Assembly: GCA_035328505.1 (NCBI GenBank)
Contig: DAOLIO010000002.1
Coordinates: 1 to 53,212 of the forward strand
DNA from: Azonexus sp.
Lineage (GTDB): Bacteria; Pseudomonadota; Gammaproteobacteria; Burkholderiales; Rhodocyclaceae
Length of the DNA: 53,212 nucleotides
Reading direction: 5' to 3'
In this document: in pieces, positions 30,832-42,256 of the stretch
Position numbering within the stretch: position 1 is the first letter of the stretch
Layout of the letters: each line of letters starts with the position of its first letter
Notes under the pieces: model-generated
Seen by the model: only the letters and a program-made list of their open reading frames with translations
Databases searched by the model: none
What the model was told of the DNA's origin: nothing
Position numbers and translations under genes: made by a program

Positions 30832-32111
30832 ACGCCATGGTAATTTTTGGCCTGCTGGCCATTCTTATGCTGACCGGGATGCCGATCTCTATTTCGCTGG
30901 GTCTGACCGTCCTGACTTTTCTGTTTACGATGACGGAAGTGCCACTCGAATCCGTTGCCCTGAAGCTATTCACCGGCATTGAGAAGTTCGAAATCATGGC
31001 AATTCCGTTCTTCATCCTGGCCGGTAATTTCCTGACACACGGGGGGGTGGCGAAACGGATGATCCATTTCGCGACGTCCATGGTAGGCCACTGGTATGGT
31101 GGCCTTGGTCTGGCTGGTGTAGTGGCTTGCGCGCTGTTTGCGGCAGTCTCCGGGTCGAGCCCGGCAACGGTGGTGGCGATTGGCTCCATCCTGCTACCGG
31201 CGATGGTCAAGGCAGGCTTTCCGAAGAAATTCGGGGCGGGGGTGATTTCGACCTCGGGCGCGCTTGGGATCCTGATCCCGCCATCCATCGTCATGGTGAT
31301 GTACTCGGTGGCAACCAATACCTCGGTCGGTGCCCTGTTCATGGCTGGTGTGGTGCCTGGTATTGCATTGGCGCTCACGCTGGGTGGGGTGACCTGGTAT
31401 CGCGCCCGCAAATACGATTACCCGCGTCAGCCCAAGGCGACCTGGGGCGAGCGCTGGACAGCCTTTCGTGCGTCGGTCTGGGGGCTGCTGTTGATCGTGG
31501 TGGTGATGGGTGGTATCTACACCGGCATATTCACGCCAACTGAAGCAGCGGCTATGTCTGCGGTCTATGCGTTTATCTGTGCGGTGTTCATTTATCGCGA
31601 TCTGGGCCTCAAGGACGTGCCGAAGGTGTTGCTGAATTCAGCCAACATGTCTGCGATGCTGCTCTACATCATCACCAACGCCGTACTGTTCTCGTTCATC
31701 ATGACCAACGAGAACATTCCGCAGGCACTGGCTGACTGGATGTTGGGGCACGGGTTGGGGCTGATCACCTTTTTGCTGGCGGTCAATGTCATCCTGTTGC
31801 TCGCTGGTAATTTTATGGAGCCGTCGTCAATTGTTCTGATTTTCGCGCCCATCTTGTTTCCGGTAGCCGTCAAGCTGGGGATTCATCCGGTTCATTTCGG
31901 TATTCTGATGGTGGTCAATATGGAAGTCGGCATGTGTCATCCGCCGGTTGGGTTAAACCTATATGTTGCGTCAGGGATTACCAAGATGGGTATCACCGAG
32001 CTGACTGTCGCCGTCTGGCCATGGTTGCTCTCCATGTTGTGTTTCCTGATGTTGGTGACCTATTGGCCGAGTCTCTCTCTGTGGCTGCCTCAGCAACTTG
32101 GGATGCTTTAG
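30828..32111 (+). CDS. dctM: TRAP large permease
   Basis: AIPFFILAGN, SGSSPAT, LGILIPPSI, FTPTEAA and HPPVGLNL. Confidence 0.95.
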   Translation: MNAMVIFGLLAILMLTGMPISISLGLTVLTFLFTMTEVPLESVALKLFTGIEKFEIMAIPFFILAGNFLTHGGVAKRMIHFATSMVGHWYGGLGLAGVVACALFAAVSGSSPATVVAIGSILLPAMVKAGFPKKFGAGVISTSGALGILIPPSIVMVMYSVATNTSVGALFMAGVVPGIALALTLGGVTWYRARKYDYPRQPKATWGERWTAFRASVWGLLLIVVVMGGIYTGIFTPTEAAAMSAVYAFICAVFIYRDLGLKDVPKVLLNSANMSAMLLYIITNAVLFSFIMTNENIPQALADWMLGHGLGLITFLLAVNVILLLAGNFMEPSSIVLIFAPILFPVAVKLGIHPVHFGILMVVNMEVGMCHPPVGLNLYVASGITKMGITELTVAVWPWLLSMLCFLMLVTYWPSLSLWLPQQLGML

Positions 32112-32127
32112 GCGACGCTGCATCGAT

Positions 32128-32158
32128 AAAAAAGCCCCGCGCGACGCGGGGCTTTTTT
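32128..32158 (+). terminator. Intrinsic terminator after dctM
   Basis: AAAAAAGCCCCGC-GCGAC-GCGGGGCTTTTTT. Confidence 0.9.
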
Positions 32159-32211
32159 GTGAGCGGGGCGGGTGTGGCACAATCTGTTCCCGCACGCCAT
32201 ATTAGATACTC

Positions 32212-32898
32212 ATGAAATTAGCGATTTCCATTGTTGCGCTCGTCCTCCTGGCCTTGCTCGTTCCGTTCCTGCTGCCGGGGGTTGGCAAGGAGGCGGGTGT
32301 TGATCCAAACAGCAATCTGCCGTGGCAGGTCGACCTGGATGGCAAGGGCGGGAGCACGGTTTTCGGACTGAGACCGGGCGTCAGCACGGTGGGCGATGTC
32401 CGGCAGCGGTTTGGCGGCGAGATGGATGTGGCCATCATTGCGGAGCCCGACGAAGTTGGCCTGCTGGAAGGCTATTATCCGCAGCTCGCCCTGGGTTTTG
32501 TGCTTGCCAAGGTGATTGTCACGGTCGACGCGAAAAAAGAGCTGATTTCCGAATTTCGGGAGCGGGCGTCCAAGGCGAAACACATGGAGAGCACCACACG
32601 GAAAATCACGCTGCAAGCGGACGATTTGGCTGCTGTTGATCATTTGCCGATCAAGGCCATCAGTGTCATTCCGACCATCAATCTGGATGAGGCCGCCGTG
32701 GTGCAGCGATTTGGGCCGCCAGGCGAGCGACTGCAGGTCTCGGCGACGCGCGTGCACCTGCTTTATGCAGATAGAGGGCTGGATGTGGTTGTTGATACCG
32801 AGGGCAAGGAACTGCTGCAATACGTTGCGCCGCGTGATTTTGCGCTATTGCGCGAGCCGCTGAAAGCAGTGGAAGGCGTGAAGCCCAGTGCACAGTGA
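32212..32898 (+). CDS. Hypothetical membrane-anchored/exported protein
   Basis: 228-aa ORF filling the dctM-ndk gap, with an N-terminal hydrophobic helix and motifs NLPWQV and LQYVAPRDF. Function not recognised. Confidence 0.8.
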   Translation: MKLAISIVALVLLALLVPFLLPGVGKEAGVDPNSNLPWQVDLDGKGGSTVFGLRPGVSTVGDVRQRFGGEMDVAIIAEPDEVGLLEGYYPQLALGFVLAKVIVTVDAKKELISEFRERASKAKHMESTTRKITLQADDLAAVDHLPIKAISVIPTINLDEAAVVQRFGPPGERLQVSATRVHLLYADRGLDVVVDTEGKELLQYVAPRDFALLREPLKAVEGVKPSAQ

Positions 32899-32921
32899 AG
32901 CGGGCGCGCGTGTTCCGATTC

Positions 32922-32930
32922 TGTTAAAAT
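32922..32930 (+). promoter_or_regulatory. Extended -10 promoter element for the ndk operon
   Basis: TG-T-TAAAAT about 40 nt upstream of the ndk ATG. Confidence 0.5.
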
Positions 32931-32970
32931 CGTCCGTTTTTCAACTAAATAGCTTTACCGGAGCAAGCAC

Positions 32971-33399
32971 ATGGCTATCGAACGCACCCTTTCCATCATC
33001 AAACCCGACGCTGTTGCCAAGAACGTTATTGGCAAGATCTACTCCCGTTTTGAATCGAACGGCCTGAAGGTTATTGCCGCCCGCATGACGTGGTTGTCCG
33101 AGCAGGAAGCCGGCCAGTTTTACGCCGTGCATAAAGAGCGTCCTTTCTTCAAGGATCTGGTTTCCTTCATGACCTCCGGTCCGGTGATGATCCAGGCCTT
33201 GGAAGGCGAAGGCGCCATTGCCAAGAACCGCGAACTGATGGGCGCCACTGACCCGAAGAAGGCTGAGCCGGGCACCATTCGCGCCGACTTCGCAGAATCC
33301 ATCGATGCCAATGCCGTTCACGGCTCCGATGCTCCCGAAACCGCTGCCGTGGAAATTGCCTTTTTCTTCCCGGGCATGAACACCTACGCTGGTCGCTAA
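32971..33399 (+). CDS. ndk: Nucleoside diphosphate kinase
   Basis: [20 protein letters not shown] and NAVHGSD. Confidence 0.98.
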   Translation: MAIERTLSIIKPDAVAKNVIGKIYSRFESNGLKVIAARMTWLSEQEAGQFYAVHKERPFFKDLVSFMTSGPVMIQALEGEGAIAKNRELMGATDPKKAEPGTIRADFAESIDANAVHGSDAPETAAVEIAFFFPGMNTYAGR

Positions 33400-33408
33400 G
33401 CACAGCAA

Positions 33409-34503
33409 ATGACCGTCAATCTGCTGGACTTTGATGGCGAAAGCCTGACTGCCTGGTTTGCCGAGCAGGGCGAAAAGCCCTTCCGCGCCAAGCAGGTCTT
33501 GCGCTGGATCCATCGTTCCGGCGTGGCGGACTTTGATGCCATGACCGATATCGCCAAGAGTCTTCGCGAGAAGCTCAAGGCGAAAGCGGTCGTGGCACCG
33601 CCGGCCATCGTTTCCGACAAGTTGTCGGATGATGGCACGCGCAAGTTTTTGATCGATGTGGGTAACGGCAATGCGGTCGAAACGGTGTTCATTCCCGAAG
33701 ACGATCGCGGTACGTTGTGTATTTCGACGCAGGCGGGTTGTGCGCTTGATTGCGCTTTCTGTTCGACCGGCAAGCAAGGCTTCAACCGTAATTTGACGGT
33801 GGCGGAAATCATTGGCCAACTCTGGCTGGCCAATCATGCGCTTGGCGCGGTCCACGGTGACGAGCGAGTGATTTCCAATGTCGTGCTGATGGGTATGGGC
33901 GAGCCACTCGCCAATTTTGAAAATTCTGTCACTGCCTTGAAGCTGATGCTTGACGACAACGCGTATGGCTTGTCACGTCGTCGTGTCACCGTGTCAACCT
34001 CGGGTCTGGTGCCGGTCATGGATCGTCTGGGCGACGAATGCCCGGTAGCGTTGGCGGTTTCCTTGCATGCCTCCAACGACCGGCTACGCGATGAACTGGT
34101 GCCGATCAATCAGAAATATCCGCTCAAGGAATTGATGGCGGCTTGCAATCGTTATCTGGACAAGGCACCGCGTGATTTCATTACCTTCGAGTACATCATG
34201 CTCGATGGCATCAATGACAGTGATGCACACGCCCGCGAATTGTTGGCACTGGTCAAGACTGTCCATTGCAAATTCAACCTGATTCCCTTCAATCCCTTCC
34301 CTGGGTCGCCATTCCGGCGATCTTCCGCTGAACGGGTGCGACGTTTCGCAGAGATCCTGATGCAGGCTGGCATTGTCACAACAACGCGCAAGACGCGCGG
34401 TGACGATATTGATGCCGCTTGCGGCCAATTGGCCGGGCAGGTCAAGGATAAAACGAAACGCACCGCCGGCCGAATGATTCCTATCGTGGAGGCAAGATCG
34501 TGA
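33409..34503 (+). CDS. rlmN: Dual-specificity RNA methyltransferase RlmN
   Basis: Radical-SAM [15 protein letters not shown] and DIDAACGQL. Confidence 0.97.
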   Translation: MTVNLLDFDGESLTAWFAEQGEKPFRAKQVLRWIHRSGVADFDAMTDIAKSLREKLKAKAVVAPPAIVSDKLSDDGTRKFLIDVGNGNAVETVFIPEDDRGTLCISTQAGCALDCAFCSTGKQGFNRNLTVAEIIGQLWLANHALGAVHGDERVISNVVLMGMGEPLANFENSVTALKLMLDDNAYGLSRRRVTVSTSGLVPVMDRLGDECPVALAVSLHASNDRLRDELVPINQKYPLKELMAACNRYLDKAPRDFITFEYIMLDGINDSDAHARELLALVKTVHCKFNLIPFNPFPGSPFRRSSAERVRRFAEILMQAGIVTTTRKTRGDDIDAACGQLAGQVKDKTKRTAGRMIPIVEARS

Positions 34504-35300
34504 GCGCATTTTCGCGGGTACATCTAATTTTTGGTCTGTGTTTGAGCGCGGTCAGTATTTTCTCTGCTCAGGCGCAGTACGACTTCAATCCATCCGCAAC
34601 CGGTCAGTCCAAAGGCGCGACCGATCCCCATAACCGGGCCAAAATTCATACCGAACTCGGCTCGATGTATTTTCAGGCAGGTAACCCGGGGGTCGCACTG
34701 GACGAGTTGCGTATTGCCTTGAGCGCCGATGCCAACTACTACCAGGCCTATAGCGTGCGTGGCTTGGTCCATGCGTCATTGAAAGAATATGGCAAGGCTG
34801 AAGAAGATTTTCGCCGGGCGCTTGACGTTGCGCCCAATGACCCTGATGTCAATAACAACTATGGTTGGTACCTGTGCGAAACGGGGAAGGAGCGCCAATC
34901 CATCGGATATTTTCTGAATGCGCTGAAGAGCCCATTGTATGAAACACCCGATCGGGCCTATACCAATGCGGGGACCTGCGCCTTGAAGTCAGGTGATCTC
35001 GATGGCGCACAGAACTATTTATTGAAGGCACTACAGTTGTCACGCGATGGCGCTATGACGGCGCGCTTTCAACTTGCCAAGGTGTTTTATCAGCGCGGCA
35101 TTTTTGCCGAGGCACGGGTTTATTTGAACGACGCCTTGAAAATGATGGAACCACCAACAGCGGAAGCACTCTGGCTAGGCCTGAGGCTTGAACGCAAACA
35201 AGGTAACAGGGCCGGCGAAGACGGCTATGCATCGCAACTGCGGGGTCGCTATCCGACGTCGCCGGAGTATCAGGAATTCCTAAAGGGTAATTTTGAATGA
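34500..35300 (+). CDS. pilW: Type IV pilus biogenesis/stability TPR protein PilW (PilF)
   Basis: TPR repeats, [25 protein letters not shown]; canonical position between rlmN and rodZ. Confidence 0.9.
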   Translation: MSAFSRVHLIFGLCLSAVSIFSAQAQYDFNPSATGQSKGATDPHNRAKIHTELGSMYFQAGNPGVALDELRIALSADANYYQAYSVRGLVHASLKEYGKAEEDFRRALDVAPNDPDVNNNYGWYLCETGKERQSIGYFLNALKSPLYETPDRAYTNAGTCALKSGDLDGAQNYLLKALQLSRDGAMTARFQLAKVFYQRGIFAEARVYLNDALKMMEPPTAEALWLGLRLERKQGNRAGEDGYASQLRGRYPTSPEYQEFLKGNFE

Positions 35301-36229
35301 GTGAGCAGGTGAATACACCCGATTTCGTCGCAGCAGAAACCGTAACCTTTACCGGGGTGCCGGTGGGCGAACAACTGCGTTCCGCGCGTGAGGCCAGGGG
35401 GCTCGATCTTCTGGATATTGCACAGACGCTCAAGCTTGGTCCGCGTCAGGTTGAGGCGCTGGAAGGCGGCGACTGGAAAGGTTTGCCGGGGAATACGTTC
35501 ATCCGCGGGTTCGTTCGCAATTACGCCCGCTTGATGCAGATGGATTCGGCGCCATTGATGGCCCAGCTCGACATGGTTCTTGAAAAGCCCGTCAACAGTC
35601 TGGCCGTATCAGATTCGCCACCCGCCGAAATGCCACATTCCGGTAGCGCCGTTTCGCAGCGAAGCAAGCTCGTTGTTTTGATGGGGGGGCTGTTCGTGGT
35701 GCTTGCAGCATTGGCATATTTTCTGATGGCAGGCAATCTGTCGTCATTGCGTGAAAGTACGCAATCCTTGCTTGACTCGCTGGCGCGCAAGGAAATCCAG
35801 GAACCGGTATCTGTTGCTCCTGTTCCTGCGACTGAGCCGGTCTTTCCTCCGGGCTCAACCCCTCAGCAAATCATGAATCCCCAGGTTCTGGCACCTGTCG
35901 AACCGTCGGCTGCCAAGACTCCCGAGCTGCCTGTTTCAAATCCTGATGTAAAAGAGCCAGCGCCGGCGCCTGTGGCTGCACCTGTTGCTGCTGCACCGCA
36001 GATGCGTTTCTTGTTTGACAAGGATTCCTGGCTTGAAGTGCGTGATCGCGACAATAAAGTGGTTTTCTCACAGAAGCTGACGGCGGGTACCGAGCAGACG
36101 CTATCGGGTCAGGGGCCCTTGTCCGTGAAGATTGGGTACGCGCCAGGTGTGCGTGTCTTTTGGCATGGTGAGCCTGTTGATCTGGCGCCGCATACCAGGG
36201 GCGATGTTGCCCGCCTGGTTCTGGAGTAA
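35297..36229 (+). CDS. rodZ: RodZ-like cytoskeleton protein
   Basis: N-terminal HTH with FIRGFVRNYAR, a single TM, a Pro/Ala linker and a C-terminal SWLEVRD domain. Confidence 0.9.
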   Translation: MSEQVNTPDFVAAETVTFTGVPVGEQLRSAREARGLDLLDIAQTLKLGPRQVEALEGGDWKGLPGNTFIRGFVRNYARLMQMDSAPLMAQLDMVLEKPVNSLAVSDSPPAEMPHSGSAVSQRSKLVVLMGGLFVVLAALAYFLMAGNLSSLRESTQSLLDSLARKEIQEPVSVAPVPATEPVFPPGSTPQQIMNPQVLAPVEPSAAKTPELPVSNPDVKEPAPAPVAAPVAAAPQMRFLFDKDSWLEVRDRDNKVVFSQKLTAGTEQTLSGQGPLSVKIGYAPGVRVFWHGEPVDLAPHTRGDVARLVLE

Positions 36230-36232
36230 ATT

Positions 36233-37462
36233 GTGAGCGCCGTTGCCAAACGCCTGACCCGGACTTGTCTGGTCGGTCACGTAAGATTAGGCGCAGATGC
36301 GCCAGTCGTTGTCCAGTCAATGACCAATACGGACACAGAGGACTATCTCGCTACGGCACTGCAGACTGCCGAATTGGCCAGAGCGGGCTCCGAGTTGGTC
36401 CGCATTACCGTGAATACGCCAGAGGCCGCTGCTGCGGTGCCGAAAATCCGTGATCACCTTGATCGCATGAACTGCAATGTGCCATTGATTGGCGATTTTC
36501 ACTATAACGGTCATCGTCTGCTGATTGAGCACCCGGCTTGCGCTGAGGCGCTGGCCAAATACCGCATCAATCCCGGAAACGTAGGGTTCGGCAAGAAAAA
36601 AGATGAGCAATTTGCTCAGATGGTCGAGCTGGCTTGTAAATATGACAAGCCAGTGCGTATCGGAGTGAACTGGGGGAGCCTGGATCAGGATTTGCTGGCT
36701 CGAATTATGGATGAAAATTCCCGTCGACCGCAGCCATTGGATGCATCGGAGATAATGCGGCACGCCATGGTGACGTCGGCGCTTGAGTCGGCCGCCAAGG
36801 CGGAAGAGGTTGGGCTGGCTGGCGAAAAGATCATCCTGTCCTGCAAGGTTTCCAGCGTTCAGGACTTGGTCGCCATTTATCGCGAACTGTCGAAGCGAGC
36901 GGATTATGCGCTTCACCTCGGCCTGACTGAAGCAGGCATGGGGTCGAAAGGTATTGTCGCATCGACGGCTGCCTTGTCCGTTTTGCTTCAGGAAGGCATT
37001 GGCGACACGATCCGAATTTCTTTGACTCCGGAGCCGGGCGGTTCGCGGACTCAGGAAGTTATTGTCGCTCAGGAAATTCTGCAGACCATGGGGCTTCGTG
37101 CCTTTACGCCGATGGTGGCTGCCTGCCCGGGATGCGGTCGGACAACAAGTACATTTTTCCAGGAGTTAGCGGGTCAGGTGCAAGACTATGTCCGCACCAA
37201 AATGCCGGAGTGGAAGCTCCAATATGACGGAGCCGAGAACATGACGCTGGCGGTCATGGGGTGTATCGTCAATGGTCCGGGTGAGTCCAAACATGCGAAC
37301 ATCGGCATTTCACTCCCTGGAACTGGTGAGGCGCCATCTGCACCGGTCTACGAGGATGGCAAGAAGACGGTTACGTTGAAAGGCGACAATATCGCCAACG
37401 AATTCAAGCAAATTATTGAGCGCTATGTGGCGCGCACCTACAAGAAAAAGCTGCAGGCATGA
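36233..37462 (+). CDS. ispG: 4-hydroxy-3-methylbut-2-en-1-yl diphosphate synthase
   Basis: [31 protein letters not shown] and [10 protein letters not shown]. Confidence 0.97.
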   Translation: MSAVAKRLTRTCLVGHVRLGADAPVVVQSMTNTDTEDYLATALQTAELARAGSELVRITVNTPEAAAAVPKIRDHLDRMNCNVPLIGDFHYNGHRLLIEHPACAEALAKYRINPGNVGFGKKKDEQFAQMVELACKYDKPVRIGVNWGSLDQDLLARIMDENSRRPQPLDASEIMRHAMVTSALESAAKAEEVGLAGEKIILSCKVSSVQDLVAIYRELSKRADYALHLGLTEAGMGSKGIVASTAALSVLLQEGIGDTIRISLTPEPGGSRTQEVIVAQEILQTMGLRAFTPMVAACPGCGRTTSTFFQELAGQVQDYVRTKMPEWKLQYDGAENMTLAVMGCIVNGPGESKHANIGISLPGTGEAPSAPVYEDGKKTVTLKGDNIANEFKQIIERYVARTYKKKLQA

Positions 37463-38748
37463 GTCAAAAATTGCAAGCCGTTCGCGGGATGAACGATATC
37501 CTGCCCGATGAAGCGGCATTCTGGGAATTGTTTGAGGAAACTATCCGGTCGTGGCTGAAAAGCTATGGTTATCGCCCGATTCGCCTGCCCGTTGTCGAAC
37601 CGACACCGCTTTTTAAACGCGCGATTGGTGAGGTGACGGACATCGTTGAAAAGGAAATGTATTCTTTCATTGATGGGTTGAATGGTGAAGCACTGACTTT
37701 GCGTCCGGAAGGAACGGCAGGTTGTGTACGCGCGGTGATCGAACACAATCTTGCGGCCCGCCAGACGCAGCGCCTTTACTATATTGGTCAGATGTTCCGT
37801 CACGAGCGTCCGCAAAAAGGTCGCTACCGCCAGTTTCATCAGGTAGGTGTCGAGTCGTTTGGCATTGTCGGTCCGGACATCGATGCAGAAATGATCCTGA
37901 TGGGTGCGCGGCTTTGGGCTGATCTTGGGCTGGATGGCATCGAACTGCAACTCAACAGCCTGGGGCAGCCAGATGAGCGGTTGCAGCACCGAACGGCTCT
38001 GATCGCCTATTTTGAGGCGAACACCGAGTTGCTGGACGAAGAGGCCAAGCGTCGCCTGTACACCAATCCGCTACGTATCCTCGATTCCAAGAATCCTGCA
38101 ATGCAGGACCTGTGCAGTCGTGCGCCAATGCTAATTGACTATCTGGGCGCTGAGTCTTTGGCCCATTTTGAAGGCGTGCAGCGCGTGTTGCGTGATGCAG
38201 GAATTCCCTTTGCGATTAATCCACGGTTGGTCAGGGGCCTCGATTATTACAATCTGACAGTCTTCGAGTGGGTCACTGACAAACTCGGTGCACAGGGTAC
38301 GGTCTGCGCCGGGGGGCGTTACGACGGATTGGTTGGTCAGCTTGGTGGCAAAGCGATGCCGGCATGCGGTTTTGCAATGGGCGTTGAGCGCCTGATCGCG
38401 TTAATCAAAGAGTCCGGTGGTGAGCCGCTTGCTCCGGCGCCTGATGTCTACTTGGTTCATCAGGGCGAAGAGGCTTCTCGTCTGGCCTTCCGCGTTGCTG
38501 AAGGGCTGCGGGATCATGGAATTGATGTGTTGCTGCATTGTGGCGGTGGTAGTTTCAAGTCACAAATGAAAAAAGCGGATGGCTGTGGTGCAAACTTCGC
38601 AGTCATTATTGGCGAAGATGAGGCCTCTACCGGTGAGGCCCAGTTGAAATCGCTGCGCCAAGAAGGAATTGAACAGCGTAAGTTGAAAGTTGATGATCTG
38701 GCTGAAGCCATCATTGACCAAATTATCGATTCAGACGAAGAGGAATAG
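37459..38748 (+). CDS. hisS: Histidine-tRNA ligase
   Basis: [29 protein letters not shown] and GGRYDGL. Confidence 0.98.
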   Translation: MSQKLQAVRGMNDILPDEAAFWELFEETIRSWLKSYGYRPIRLPVVEPTPLFKRAIGEVTDIVEKEMYSFIDGLNGEALTLRPEGTAGCVRAVIEHNLAARQTQRLYYIGQMFRHERPQKGRYRQFHQVGVESFGIVGPDIDAEMILMGARLWADLGLDGIELQLNSLGQPDERLQHRTALIAYFEANTELLDEEAKRRLYTNPLRILDSKNPAMQDLCSRAPMLIDYLGAESLAHFEGVQRVLRDAGIPFAINPRLVRGLDYYNLTVFEWVTDKLGAQGTVCAGGRYDGLVGQLGGKAMPACGFAMGVERLIALIKESGGEPLAPAPDVYLVHQGEEASRLAFRVAEGLRDHGIDVLLHCGGGSFKSQMKKADGCGANFAVIIGEDEASTGEAQLKSLRQEGIEQRKLKVDDLAEAIIDQIIDSDEEE

Positions 38749-38753
38749 GCAGC

Positions 38754-39392
38754 ATGGCGCATTACGACCTCGAAGAACAGGAACAGATCGACTCCATCAA
38801 AACCTGGTGGAAGATGTACGGTAATCTCGTGACCGGTATTGTGGTTGCGGCATCTCTGGCCGTGATCGGCTGGCAAGGGTGGAACTGGTACCAAAATGGT
38901 CAGTCGGCCAAGGCGTCTACGATTTATGCTGTGCTGGAGCAGGCTGCCTCGTTAGGTGATTCTCAGAAGGTAAAGGCGGCAGCCGGGGAACTGGCTGAAA
39001 AATTCGGCGGCACCAGCTATGCATCGCTAGGCGCAATGTTGGCTGCAAAGCAATCATTTGATGCTGGTGACCTGAAGACAGCCAAGACCCAACTTGCCTG
39101 GGTGGCTGACAATGGCAAGGATGAGATACGGGATTTGGCCAGACTTCGCCTGGTGGCGGTTCAGATTGATGAGAAAGCTTACGATGAGGCACTTAGGCAG
39201 CTTGATAGTGCTCACGCGCCAGCTTTCGATGCCAGATTTCAGGAATTGAAAGGTGATGTCTTGACGGCTCAAGGGAAAAAGCTTGAAGCACGTATGGCGT
39301 ACAAGGCTGCCCTTGAAAAAATGACCGGCAAGCAAAGCGGCGCTCGGGAATTGCTTCAACAAAAGCTTGATGGTCTGGGTGAGGTTGCCTGA
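38754..39392 (+). CDS. yfgM: YfgM-family ancillary SecYEG translocon TPR protein
   Basis: DLEEQEQIDSIKTWW, TM, LARLRL; located between hisS and bamB. Confidence 0.92.
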   Translation: MAHYDLEEQEQIDSIKTWWKMYGNLVTGIVVAASLAVIGWQGWNWYQNGQSAKASTIYAVLEQAASLGDSQKVKAAAGELAEKFGGTSYASLGAMLAAKQSFDAGDLKTAKTQLAWVADNGKDEIRDLARLRLVAVQIDEKAYDEALRQLDSAHAPAFDARFQELKGDVLTAQGKKLEARMAYKAALEKMTGKQSGARELLQQKLDGLGEVA

Positions 39393-40552
39393 TGTCACGT
39401 CAAATTACCGCTGTTCTAGCAGTTATCAGTTTGATGCTCGGTGGCTGCGCAACGATTTCAGATGCCATTGATACTATCAATCCGTTCTCAAGCTCGACGC
39501 CAAAAATGGCTCCATTGTTGCCGTTGACCGCAACTGCCGAGGTTCATTCGGTGTGGTCGGTGAATGTCGGGAAGGCTGGTGATTACACATTCACACCATC
39601 CGTAGTTGGGAGTTCGGTGTACGTCGCGAGCAAGGACGGGACGGTCACCAAACTGGAGGATGGCAAGCTTGTCTGGAAGGTGAGTGCTGGCCAGTCGTTA
39701 TCGGCTGGTGTGGGCGCAAATGGTCGCTTGGTCGTGGTGGCGACATCAAAGGGCGATGTGCTTGCGTTTTCGACCGAGGATGGCAAATCATTATGGCAAA
39801 CCAAGGTTTCAAGTGAGGTGCTGGCCGCGCCTGTCGTAGGTGACGAAGGTGTGGCAGTGAAGAGTGGTGACAACCGTGTGCATCTGCTTGATGCGGGTGA
39901 TGGCGGTAAAAAATGGGTATATCAGCGTTCGACGCCACCCTTGTCGGTTCGCAGTACAGGGGGGCCAGTCTTCGCTGATCGCTACCTGTTCGTCGGATAT
40001 CCTGGGGGCAAATTGGTCGCATTGTCGGTACAAAATGGAGCACCGGTGTGGGAGGGGGCGGTAGCTTTGCCCAAGGGGGCAACTGAGCTTGATCGAGTTG
40101 CGGATGTGGTTGCATCTCCGGTAGTTGATGGACGTCTGATATGTGCGGTTGCCTTTCAAGGCCGTGTTGCCTGTTTTGATATGGGCCAAGGTGGTGCGAT
40201 GACATGGTCACGTGATCTGTCATCCGTCACCGGTTTGGCGATGGATAGTCGTTACATCTTCATTTCTGATGATAAAGGTGTTGTTTACGCCCTTGATCGC
40301 CAGTCCGGTAGCAGCCTTTGGAAGCAAGACAAGCTGAAGAACAGGCGTCTTTCAGCGCCGATTGTTACTCGTGGATTGGTTGCTGTGGCTGATGCCGAAG
40401 GTATTGTTCATTTTATGTCCCGCGAAGATGGCAGTTTTGCTGCGCGACAAAAAACCGATGGCACGCCGGTTCGCGCGCCTCTTCAGATGCTTGGTACTGC
40501 TGTTCTGGTTCAAACCACCGGTGGTTACGTAAGTGCAATCGAGGCGCAATGA
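39392..40552 (+). CDS. bamB: Outer membrane protein assembly factor BamB
   Basis: Lipobox LGGC, PQQ-type propeller repeats and [11 protein letters not shown]. Confidence 0.93.
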   Translation: MSRQITAVLAVISLMLGGCATISDAIDTINPFSSSTPKMAPLLPLTATAEVHSVWSVNVGKAGDYTFTPSVVGSSVYVASKDGTVTKLEDGKLVWKVSAGQSLSAGVGANGRLVVVATSKGDVLAFSTEDGKSLWQTKVSSEVLAAPVVGDEGVAVKSGDNRVHLLDAGDGGKKWVYQRSTPPLSVRSTGGPVFADRYLFVGYPGGKLVALSVQNGAPVWEGAVALPKGATELDRVADVVASPVVDGRLICAVAFQGRVACFDMGQGGAMTWSRDLSSVTGLAMDSRYIFISDDKGVVYALDRQSGSSLWKQDKLKNRRLSAPIVTRGLVAVADAEGIVHFMSREDGSFAARQKTDGTPVRAPLQMLGTAVLVQTTGGYVSAIEAQ

Positions 40553-41880
40553 AACCTACGCTAGTTTTGGTGGGCCGGCCAAATGTCGGTAAATCCACTC
40601 TCTTTAATCGATTAACCAAATCGCGTGACGCCATCGTCGCGGATATGCCGGGTTTGACCCGGGACCGTCACTATGGTCACGGAAAGCTGGGAAAAAAGCC
40701 GCATCTGGTTGTTGATACCGGTGGATTCGAACCCTTGATCAAAGAGGGAATCCTGCATGAAATGGCTCGTCAGACCGAACAGGCGATTGCCGAGGCTGAT
40801 GCGGTGATATTCGTCGTTGATGGTCGTACTGGTTTGACCCCGCATGACAAGGAAATCGCGAATAAGCTGCGCCGCATTGACTGCCCGGTTGTAGTTGCAG
40901 TTAACAAGGCCGAGGGTATGAATGCAGGCATGGTTGAGGCTGAGTTTCATGAGCTTGGTCTGGGCGAGCCATATGCGATCTCTGCGGCCCATGGCGAGGG
41001 TGTGCGTGGCCTTGTCGAGCTGGCACTGGATGGTTTCCCGGAACCGGAGGATGACGAATGGCACTCTGATGCCATTCGTGTTGCCATCGTTGGGCGCCCT
41101 AATGTCGGCAAGTCAACCCTGATTAATACACTTCTAGGCGAAGAGCGAGTTATTGCCTTCGACGCGCCGGGTACCACGCGTGACTCGATAGAAATTGATT
41201 TTGAGCGCGGAGGTCGAAAATACGTTCTCGTGGATACCGCTGGCATGCGCAAGCGCGGAAAGGTATTCGAGACAATTGAGAAGTTTTCAGTGGTAAAGAC
41301 ATTGCAGGCCATTGAGGATGCAAACGTCGTTATTTTGATGGTTGATGCTCAGGCAGATGTATCTGATCAGGATGCCCATATCGCCGACTTTATCGTTCAG
41401 TCCGGTCGAGCCTTGGTGGTCGCGGTCAACAAATGGGATGGCCTCGATTCTTATACCAGAGAGCAGACCCGCCTGATTCTCCAACGCAAATTGCAATTCC
41501 TTGATTTTGCAAAATTCCATTTTGTTTCAGCGCGTGAAAACGTAGGTTTGGAAACGCTCTTCCGCTCTGTCGATGCAGCCTATGCGGCCGCCATGTCCAA
41601 GATGACGACGCCGCGTCTGACCCGCGTGCTAATCGATGCAGTTGCGAAACAAGCCCCGGCCAAGCACGGTTTGTTTCGGCCCAAGCCGCGTTATGCCCAT
41701 CAAGGCGGATCAAATCCTCCCATTATCGTTATTCATGGGAATGCGGTAGATAAAATTACCGATAGCTACAGACGGTTTCTTGAACATACTTTCAGAGATG
41801 CGTTTAAATTGCAGGGAACGCCTTTGAGAATCCAATGTGTTACCGCAAAAAATCCATTTGCAGACAAAGACAAGAAATAA
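40549..41880 (+). CDS. der: Ribosome biogenesis GTPase Der
   Basis: Two [10 protein letters not shown]-loops, DTGG/DTAG and NKWD. Confidence 0.98.
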   Translation: MKPTLVLVGRPNVGKSTLFNRLTKSRDAIVADMPGLTRDRHYGHGKLGKKPHLVVDTGGFEPLIKEGILHEMARQTEQAIAEADAVIFVVDGRTGLTPHDKEIANKLRRIDCPVVVAVNKAEGMNAGMVEAEFHELGLGEPYAISAAHGEGVRGLVELALDGFPEPEDDEWHSDAIRVAIVGRPNVGKSTLINTLLGEERVIAFDAPGTTRDSIEIDFERGGRKYVLVDTAGMRKRGKVFETIEKFSVVKTLQAIEDANVVILMVDAQADVSDQDAHIADFIVQSGRALVVAVNKWDGLDSYTREQTRLILQRKLQFLDFAKFHFVSARENVGLETLFRSVDAAYAAAMSKMTTPRLTRVLIDAVAKQAPAKHGLFRPKPRYAHQGGSNPPIIVIHGNAVDKITDSYRRFLEHTFRDAFKLQGTPLRIQCVTAKNPFADKDKK

Positions 41881-41956
41881 TCCGTAAAATCTTTGGCGCC
41901 ACTTTATAAATTTGGGTACATTAGGACCCTCATAACAATTACATGGAGTCCCCACC

Positions 41957-42193
41957 ATGAGTAACAAAGGGCAACTTTTACAAGACCCCTTCCTCAATGC
42001 TCTTCGCCGCGAGCATGTTCCCGTCTCTATTTACTTGGTGAACGGGATTAAGCTGCAAGGCCAGGTTGAATCTTTTGATCAATACGTTGTACTTCTGAAA
42101 AATACGGTAACTCAGATGGTTTATAAACACGCCATCTCCACGGTGGTTCCGGCTCGTCCGGTCAACCTCCAGCAGGAACAGGCCGCCGAATAA
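41957..42193 (+). CDS. hfq: RNA chaperone Hfq
   Basis: [21 protein letters not shown] and YKHAIST. Confidence 0.98.
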   Translation: MSNKGQLLQDPFLNALRREHVPVSIYLVNGIKLQGQVESFDQYVVLLKNTVTQMVYKHAISTVVPARPVNLQQEQAAE

Positions 42194-42210
42194 TAGATCA
42201 CTGTCTGGTG

Positions 42211-42233
42211 GCCCGCTATTTTGGCGGGCTTTC
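42211..42233 (+). terminator. Hairpin/weak terminator between hfq and hflX
   Basis: GCCCGC-TATTTTG-GCGGGC followed by TTTC. Confidence 0.5.
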
Positions 42234-42256
42234 GCTTATCTTCTCAGGAAGCACCG

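Noticed and set aside
32175-32190. TGGCAC as a sigma54 -24 box before the hypothetical gene
   Set aside because: No GC at the -12 position; better read as an extended -10 (TG-G-CACAAT).
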